From: Candidatus Roizmanbacteria bacterium CG_4_10_14_0_2_um_filter_39_13 | GTDB taxonomy: Bacteria > Patescibacteriota > Microgenomatia > UBA1406 > GWC2-37-13 | Length of the DNA: 58,443 bases | Assembly: GCA_002792315.1 (NCBI GenBank) | Contig: PFOB01000019.1 | Coordinates: forward strand, 1-58,443 | Direction: 5' to 3' | In this document: positions 1 through 5,542 of the stretch, one piece after another | Position numbering within the stretch: position 1 is the first letter of the stretch | Layout of the letters: every line of letters starts with the position of its first letter | Notes under the pieces: model-generated | What the model saw: only the letters and a program-made list of their open reading frames with translations | The model's database searches: none | What the model was told of the DNA's origin: nothing | Made by a program: the position numbers and the translations under genes

Positions 1-2
1 TC

Positions 3-119
3 AGTACTCATAAAAGAAATGTTGTCATTATTGGGATTTCGCTTGTCCTTGCATACTTTATAGATCAGTACTATATTTTAGGAAAAGGTTGGTGGTTTCT
101 GTTGGAATTAGTTCAATAA
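3..119 (+). CDS. 3' end of a membrane protein (partial, runs off the window start)
   Basis: Frame open from the window edge to TAA at 117-119. Hydrophobic tail ...NVVIIGISLVLAYFIDQYYILGKGWWFLLELVQ. No family assignable. Confidence 0.25.
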   Translation, partial: STHKRNVVIIGISLVLAYFIDQYYILGKGWWFLLELVQ

Positions 120-128
120 AAATACTCT

Positions 129-431
129 ATGATATTTCGATTTGATCGTTTTTTTCTGGATGAAAAAGATATATTTACTTTTTTATTTGGTGTATTTTTG
201 ATTGCAGCACATTTTTTGAGTATTCCAATTGAACCATTTCGCTTCGGTTCACTCGTTGTGTTATTCCTCTTTCTTGTGATAACTCGATCGATGAAAAATA
301 GCATTAGTTTTCGCGGCTATGTGGTGATCGCATTGTTTGGATTTGTTTTTGCGACATTTCTTTCGCCCTACGGATTAGGTATTTATCTCTTTATCGCTTC
401 GATTATTTATTCAAAGTGGGGGAGGATTTAA
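129..431 (+). CDS. small polytopic membrane protein, function unknown
   Basis: 100-aa ORF with about 3 hydrophobic helices. It is in the same frame as the upstream fragment, separated by a single TAA. Confidence 0.35.
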   Translation: MIFRFDRFFLDEKDIFTFLFGVFLIAAHFLSIPIEPFRFGSLVVLFLFLVITRSMKNSISFRGYVVIALFGFVFATFLSPYGLGIYLFIASIIYSKWGRI

Positions 432-439
432 GAATACAT

Positions 440-1972
440 TTATGTTTTTGAAAATACCTTTTTTTGTACTGCCTCGATGAGATCTGGTGGGTAGTTTTTT
501 GCTTCAAATCGATCAGGTTCTTCAATTCCTCTGAAAATACTCCCAGTTGAAAGAAGTCTTGGTCTCGCAGACTCCCCTCCATAAAAAATTCCTGCAACGA
601 CTGCAGATGGATTGGGTATTTCTTGGAGAAGTGATGACAAACTGTCACTTTTTCTCGGAGTTGCCAAAGCTTGGGTTGCGATAATCAATGAATTAAATTT
701 GACAAATTTTTTGATTACTTGAACTACAGATCCAGCGGTTAATCCGGTGCAAACTGCATCATCTGCAAAAATAACATTGTCAATACTGCCAAGGTTTATA
801 AGTCGATTTTTATCATCGTCATTTAGTCTTGTATCACATGTAATTTTTCCATCAATCCAGTTTCTTCGAGCATATGGCGCTATAGAATTTTGAGGAAGAA
901 TCCCGCATTTTTCTAGTTCGGCACGCATATATTTTCCTCCACCACCTGGAAATATCCACAAATTATTCTCTCCGGTATATGATGCCAAATTTCCATTTCG
1001 AACAACCCACTCCATAATTAACTTATCGTCAAAGACGATAAGTTCTGGAATTGAAGTAACTTGGTCAGTAGATACTCCATATGCACGTTCATTTATATAT
1101 ATCATGGGTTCAACTTTCCCATCACCAAATGAGACACTATCCGCCACAACTATTCCCAGACCGTATGAAAAATTATTACCGGTCAACGATTCCACTCTTT
1201 GTTGAGCATTCAATAAACCTCGAGGAATTCTATTGTCGGTACCCAGATAACCCTTGTACAGTAACTCTTTGATGATCATTCCAACCGGAATTAATTCTTC
1301 AGATTGTAAATAATTTTTTTTAGTCGATAAATCAGATGTATTCGTCTCCTCAATTATCTGAGGAATTTCGGGAGTTAACGGAGTAAAAATAACTTTTCGT
1401 TTTTTCATTGCTTCCTTTACTATTTTTTCTCCAAGTTTGTCGGTTCGAATTCCTGATTTTACTACCGGACCCCCTCCAGGAGCTCTCGCTTGAAATCTAC
1501 TATCTCGTGTAATACTTTTTGGAGATACTCCATATGTGGATGCATCACTTTGATTCATTTCTTTTGCCGGTGGCTTATCTTCCGGCCAATCAGCAATTTT
1601 GGCACACACCTTTTCACCACGTATTCGAAATTGGAGTTGATTTTCAGAGAGCATCCGAATAACTTTTTCAGGTGAAAGATTGGTCTGTCGGGATAATTCT
1701 TGGACGGTAATACATGGAAGATCAACGGTGGGATTTTGATTCGTGATCCAAGGCTGAATTCGTGTTTCAATTGCCTCTCGAATTGTCGGAACGATATCAT
1801 CACGTGTTTCATTTCGCAAGGCGTCGCTCACTTGAGCGTTATTCCACCCAGTCAAATCATATAAATCTCCTTCTCCTGAAAATTGTGCATAATCAGGAGG
1901 GAGGCCCAAATCTCTAACCGAAGATCGAAATTTTTCATAGCCCGAATTTGTTAATTGCTCTCGTGGATTCAT
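440..1972 (-). CDS. HTH (excisionase/MerR-like) plus type I phosphoribosyltransferase-domain protein, function unknown
   Basis: aa 88-128 ITVQELSRQTNLSPEKVIRMLSENQLQFRIRGEKVCAKIADW looks like an HTH_17-type helix-turn-helix. The C-terminal part carries the PRPP-binding loop VIFADDAVCTGLTAGS (aa 399-414) and a Gly-rich loop IFPGGGGKYMR. ATGA overlap with the upstream gene. Confidence 0.6.
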   Translation of the reverse strand: MNPREQLTNSGYEKFRSSVRDLGLPPDYAQFSGEGDLYDLTGWNNAQVSDALRNETRDDIVPTIREAIETRIQPWITNQNPTVDLPCITVQELSRQTNLSPEKVIRMLSENQLQFRIRGEKVCAKIADWPEDKPPAKEMNQSDASTYGVSPKSITRDSRFQARAPGGGPVVKSGIRTDKLGEKIVKEAMKKRKVIFTPLTPEIPQIIEETNTSDLSTKKNYLQSEELIPVGMIIKELLYKGYLGTDNRIPRGLLNAQQRVESLTGNNFSYGLGIVVADSVSFGDGKVEPMIYINERAYGVSTDQVTSIPELIVFDDKLIMEWVVRNGNLASYTGENNLWIFPGGGGKYMRAELEKCGILPQNSIAPYARRNWIDGKITCDTRLNDDDKNRLINLGSIDNVIFADDAVCTGLTAGSVVQVIKKFVKFNSLIIATQALATPRKSDSLSSLLQEIPNPSAVVAGIFYGGESARPRLLSTGSIFRGIEEPDRFEAKNYPPDLIEAVQKKVFSKT

Positions 1973-2880
1973 ATTTGTGTTAATGTTTGTAAAAAAGGCA
2001 TCAATGCCGATCCGGCATAACCAGGAAGTATTAGGCCGGCACGCAACTTAATTTTTTCTGAAGCATTTTCTGGAACTACCACAAGACCTCCGTTTTTGGA
2101 TATATACTGTGCGACAGGTAAGTCCATCTGTTCGTCATCACCAATAAATAATGATGTTTCTGTTGCTATTCCACACTGAGTTTGAAGTGATTGGACTCCA
2201 TGTAATTTTGTAATAATTTCATTATTTGGACTGTTTGGTCGTATCAAAACAGATCCATCTGTTCGAGTGATAGAAATATTGTTAAATAGTTTTGGATTTT
2301 CGTTTCGTAACGACTCGACAAAGTCTGCACATGCAAAGTAGTTATAATCAGTTGGACACTCACGAGCATTCCCAGAAGGCCACAAAATAACAGAGAGTTG
2401 ATTGGGGTAGTTTGAAAAAACGAACGGCATTGGTTTAAGATCTTTTTGATTTGTTGGAAAGCTTCCGAAAGCGTTTGGGTCTTTTGAATAGTCTCCAAAT
2501 GAATACTTGTCGTCCGTGTTACGGGGACCAATAGGGATAAAAGCCATTCTCAATCTTTTTCGTATCTCATCAAGGTTTTGAAGATCATTCGCGCCACAGG
2601 TGGTCTGAATTTCACCATTTACTTTTATCATCAGTCCTGCTTCGAAAATGCCGTTTGAACTTGCAAGAAGAACATCTTTGCCTGGATAGCTCTCAGCTTC
2701 CATTTCGCCGAGACTTCGTGAAGTGCATGGAATGAGCTTATACCTTTGAGCAAGTTCAGTAAAAACACCATTAAGTTCATCTGGTCCTGGATATATACAC
2801 TGATCCACGTCAATAAACAAAGTATTGACTTGTCTCAATCTTTCTTGAAGTTCACTTGAGAAGTATTGTTCGGATCTCAT
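1969..2880 (-). CDS. HAD-superfamily phosphatase (IIB/Cof-like layout)
   Basis: Motif I FIDVDQC (DxD), motif II PCTSRS, motif IV FIGDDEQMD, with a large cap region between motifs II and III. ATGA overlaps at both ends. Confidence 0.55.
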   Translation of the reverse strand: MRSEQYFSSELQERLRQVNTLFIDVDQCIYPGPDELNGVFTELAQRYKLIPCTSRSLGEMEAESYPGKDVLLASSNGIFEAGLMIKVNGEIQTTCGANDLQNLDEIRKRLRMAFIPIGPRNTDDKYSFGDYSKDPNAFGSFPTNQKDLKPMPFVFSNYPNQLSVILWPSGNARECPTDYNYFACADFVESLRNENPKLFNNISITRTDGSVLIRPNSPNNEIITKLHGVQSLQTQCGIATETSLFIGDDEQMDLPVAQYISKNGGLVVVPENASEKIKLRAGLILPGYAGSALMPFLQTLTQI

Positions 2881-3785
2881 AATGTCATTAAATCAATGAG
2901 TAATGAAAAAAATCTTTCGGAATTTACGTTGGTTACAACTTTTACATTCCCATTTGAACAAGCATTCAAGTATGTAGTTCCTATATCGTCACCTTTCAAA
3001 GAAACGTTTATCTGTCCTTGTTTTGAATCAGTTTGGATAGTTGAGTTGAATAATAAACTTGCAGCGAGAGGGTCATAGAAATAGTCAAAATCCGTAGTAT
3101 TTCCGAGTGTGATTGCCTTGATGATTTTGCCAAATATTGTATTTGGTTGTATTTCACTAATCAGCGACACAAATTCCTTACTATTTGGTACACAAGAAGT
3201 AGCATCAATTCCCACCATGATGATGGGAATTCCTGAGTTAAATACTATCTGTGCTGCTTGTGGATCGAGCCAAATATTATATTCAGCTTTCCTTGAAGGC
3301 GGTACATTTCCCTTTTTTAAACCCCCGCCCATGAGGATGATTTGATTTACATTATTTTTGAATTTTGCTCCCTGATTTTGAATAATTGATGCCAAATTTG
3401 TCAGAGGACCCAAAGCAAGAATGGTAATATTTTTCGAGATGAAACTAGCTATTGATTTGACTCCGATTTGTTTATCGTTTTTTAGTTTATTTTTAGGAAT
3501 GCCAAGGTTAGATAGAAGGGTCAAATTCTCAGCCCGTTTGCGATCTTGAATGGGAAAGGTAGTATTATTGGGTACTAACGCAGTAGTATAACCCGATAAA
3601 ATTGGAATGTTCACGCCGCAATAGGTCAAAAGAACGTTTATATTTTCATATCCTCGATTCACACTACTTACTCCATTTACGAGAGATATTCCTTTGATGC
3701 TCGTTTTATTAGATAGAAAAAGCATGGAAATTGCCATGATGTCATCATTTCCCATGTCCGTATCAATCCATAGATTTGTTTTCAT
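2877..3785 (-). CDS. inosine-uridine-preferring nucleoside hydrolase family (IUNH)
   Basis: N-terminal WIDTDMGNDD (DxDxxxDD), GPLTNLA, and MGGG..GN..AEYNIWLDPQAAQIVF blocks typical of IUNH enzymes. Confidence 0.8.
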   Translation of the reverse strand: MKTNLWIDTDMGNDDIMAISMLFLSNKTSIKGISLVNGVSSVNRGYENINVLLTYCGVNIPILSGYTTALVPNNTTFPIQDRKRAENLTLLSNLGIPKNKLKNDKQIGVKSIASFISKNITILALGPLTNLASIIQNQGAKFKNNVNQIILMGGGLKKGNVPPSRKAEYNIWLDPQAAQIVFNSGIPIIMVGIDATSCVPNSKEFVSLISEIQPNTIFGKIIKAITLGNTTDFDYFYDPLAASLLFNSTIQTDSKQGQINVSLKGDDIGTTYLNACSNGNVKVVTNVNSERFFSLLIDLMTL

Positions 3786-3819
3786 TTTTCAATAAATAAT
3801 TAATAAATTTTTGCCCATT

Positions 3820-3843
3820 AAAAAACCCCGCGGTTTGCGGGGT
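3820..3843 (-). terminator. intrinsic terminator inside the 5' leader of the nucleoside-hydrolase operon (attenuator segments 3:4)
   Basis: Minus strand: CCCCGC (3842-3837), loop AAACC, GCGGGG (3831-3826), then UUUUUU (3825-3820). It lies 34 nt upstream of the ATG at 3785, not after any gene. Confidence 0.55.
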
Positions 3844-3868
3844 GCGATTATTGAGAACAATAAAAGAA

Positions 3869-3931
3869 CTACCCCGCAGGTGCGAGGTGATGATGATTTA
3901 TTTCGTTTTGCATTTCATTAATAGCTAACAT
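3869..3931 (-). CDS. putative 20-aa leader peptide MLAINEMQNEINHHHLAPAG
   Basis: ATG at 3931-3929 lies 7 nt after a -10 hexamer. Three consecutive His codons CAT CAT CAC occupy 3895-3887. The last codons and the UAG stop (3871-3869) are embedded in hairpin segments 1 and 2. Confidence 0.45.
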   Translation of the reverse strand: MLAINEMQNEINHHHLAPAG

Positions 3932-3946
3932 ATTTAATATATTAGC
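3924..3946. promoter_or_regulatory. imperfect 23-bp palindrome (candidate operator) overlapping the -10, predicted +1 and leader ATG
   Basis: GCTAACATATTTAATATATTAGC matches its reverse complement at 20 of 23 positions. TAACATATT is repeated directly at 3926-3934 and 3951-3959. Confidence 0.35.
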
Positions 3947-3967
3947 ATGTTAACATATTAAAGTCAA
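3939..3967 (-). promoter_or_regulatory. sigma70-type promoter TTGACT-N17-TAATAT for the leader/nucleoside-hydrolase operon
   Basis: Minus strand: TTGACT at 3967-3962, a 17-nt spacer, TAATAT at 3944-3939. Confidence 0.5.
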
Positions 3968-3997
3968 GGGCATTGTTTCAAACCAATAGTAATCCAA

Positions 3998-4006
3998 TGT
4001 TATAAT
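3998..4006 (+). promoter_or_regulatory. extended -10 promoter (TGtTATAAT) for the YerC-like gene
   Basis: TG at 3998-3999 and TATAAT at 4001-4006. The GTG start at 4013 is only 6 nt downstream and has no Shine-Dalgarno sequence. Confidence 0.4.
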
Positions 4007-4012
4007 AAACAT

Positions 4013-4309
4013 GTGACGACATCATATAATCCATATAAAGCAAAAAATAGTGAAGAGAAAGCTTTGGCAGAGGCTTTTGCAAAAGTTCAAACAACTCAAG
4101 AAAGTCTGAATTTGTTACGAGATCTTTTGACCCCAAAGGAGCTTGAAGAATTTGGGAGACGCTTTAAAATAGCAAAACTTCTTGAGACGACCGACATGTC
4201 TTATGAAGCAATTGCAAAGAAAATGAAAACGTCCACAACTACCGTAACTCGTGTTGCCCTTTGGCTCAATAATGGGAGTGGGGGATATAAAAAGGCTTTA
4301 GGTAAATAA
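4013..4309 (+). CDS. TrpR-like DNA-binding protein, YerC/YecD family
   Basis: 98 aa. LTPKELEEFGRRFKIAKLL ... TSTTTVTRVALWLNNGSGGYKKAL matches the YerC/YecD (Trp-repressor-like) HTH and C-terminal GSGGY block. GTG start. Confidence 0.7.
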   Translation: MTTSYNPYKAKNSEEKALAEAFAKVQTTQESLNLLRDLLTPKELEEFGRRFKIAKLLETTDMSYEAIAKKMKTSTTTVTRVALWLNNGSGGYKKALGK

Positions 4310-4344
4310 ATATTTATAGTAGTTCTTAAGAAACTATTTGACCT

Positions 4345-5064
4345 ATGAAGTTTGAAAAAGTATATCGATATATTAACCCGAATACATACATAAACATTTT
4401 TTCTAAACCTCATTGGTATTTGGAGATACAACCAGAGTTAAAAGAATTTTTTTATGATTATGACGGCATCAGAGATAATAAATCAACAAAATGGCTCGAT
4501 ACAAGAAGCGAATATGTAACAATGATTTGTGAATTTTTGAAAGCAAATCAAATTCTACTTGCAAGCTTTGGAGATGATTTAGATAATGATCGTTTACCCA
4601 TCGACGCAATAGTTATTCATCACTCAAGCACTCCACCTGACAGTTCAATTGACGTAATCAATACTCTCGGTTTGATTCGTTTGTATGCGCCTTATTACAG
4701 TCAAAGGAAAAATAAAGAGTTTGGTCAACCCATATGGTCAAATCATACGTATAAAAATAGGCAAACATTCGTCGCCTATCATTACATAGTGAGACAAGAC
4801 GGCACTTTTGAGCATATTTTACAAGATGCACAAATTGGTTGGCATTGTGGTGATTGGAACCATAATTGTAGGAGTATTGCGATTTGTTTTCTTGATGATT
4901 TGAAAAAAGTTCCTCCAACAAGGCAAGCTTTACAGACGGCAAAAAAAATCATTCGCACGTATCCCCATTGCAAGTTACTTGGTCACAGAGAAGTGAAGTT
5001 GTCAACTCTCTGTCCGGGAAGTTTATTTCTTGGAAATGAGGGGTGGAAAAACATTTTACTCTGA
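4345..5064 (+). CDS. N-acetylmuramoyl-L-alanine amidase (Amidase_2/PGRP/AmpD-like fold)
   Basis: IVIHHSSTP, YHYIVRQDG, IGWHCGDWN and GHREV...LCPG are the Zn-ligand and core blocks of Amidase_2. No signal peptide or TM visible. Confidence 0.7.
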   Translation: MKFEKVYRYINPNTYINIFSKPHWYLEIQPELKEFFYDYDGIRDNKSTKWLDTRSEYVTMICEFLKANQILLASFGDDLDNDRLPIDAIVIHHSSTPPDSSIDVINTLGLIRLYAPYYSQRKNKEFGQPIWSNHTYKNRQTFVAYHYIVRQDGTFEHILQDAQIGWHCGDWNHNCRSIAICFLDDLKKVPPTRQALQTAKKIIRTYPHCKLLGHREVKLSTLCPGSLFLGNEGWKNILL

Positions 5065-5080
5065 TCCTGTAATAAGTCAT

Positions 5081-5527
5081 TTACAGTTGAGAACTATTAA
5101 GAAGAATTGTCACCGGTCCGTCATTTATTACCTCAACCCGCATCAATCCTCCAAATACTCCCGTTTTGACAGGAATATTTTCACGAGTAAGTTGTCGAAT
5201 AAAAAGTTCATAGAGGGTTTTTGCGCTTTCGGGTCTCATTGCATTGATGTATGATGGTCGTCTTCCTTTTCGAGTATCTGCACAAAGCGTAAATTGTGAG
5301 ACGACCAATAGTTCTCCGTTTGTTTCCAGTATTGATTTATTCATTACTCCATTCTCGTCGTTCATGACTCTGAGATGAAGAATTTTTGGAATAAGTTTTT
5401 CAATATCTTGTTCAGTATCTTCTTTGAAGATTCCCAGTAAAATGACATATCCATGATCGATTGATGAAAGAAGTTTTTCTTCGATTGTGACTGAGCCTTT
5501 CGAGACTCGTTGAATAAGAGCGATCAT
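5081..5527 (-). CDS. dtd: D-aminoacyl-tRNA deacylase
   Basis: 148 aa. MIALIQRV N-terminus and the SQFTLCADTRKGRRPSY block. Confidence 0.9.
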   Translation of the reverse strand: MIALIQRVSKGSVTIEEKLLSSIDHGYVILLGIFKEDTEQDIEKLIPKILHLRVMNDENGVMNKSILETNGELLVVSQFTLCADTRKGRRPSYINAMRPESAKTLYELFIRQLTRENIPVKTGVFGGLMRVEVINDGPVTILLNSSQL

Positions 5528-5542
5528 ATTGATGGTGAAAGG

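Noticed and set aside
1442-1450. GGTTCGAAT, a tRNA T-loop-like string
   Set aside because: The flanks (GTCGG / TCCTG) cannot form a T-stem, and no acceptor or anticodon arms are present. It lies inside the 510-aa CDS.
3820-3895. Riboswitch or PyrR-type protein-binding leader as the explanation for the two GC-rich hairpins
   Set aside because: The loops (ACCU, AAACC) and stems do not match riboswitch consensus elements I can recall: preQ1, the guanidine-II ACGR loops, purine, or the PyrR binding loop. The hairpins are fully explained by the leader-ORF attenuator geometry. A ligand- or protein-controlled switch cannot be excluded without an Rfam/Infernal search.
3924-3959. dif/Xer-like recombination site (TATGTTA core, imperfect palindrome)
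   Set aside because: Only a short TATGTTA match to the XerD arm. The palindrome has a 3-nt centre rather than two 11-nt arms around a 6-nt spacer. Its position over a promoter fits an operator better.
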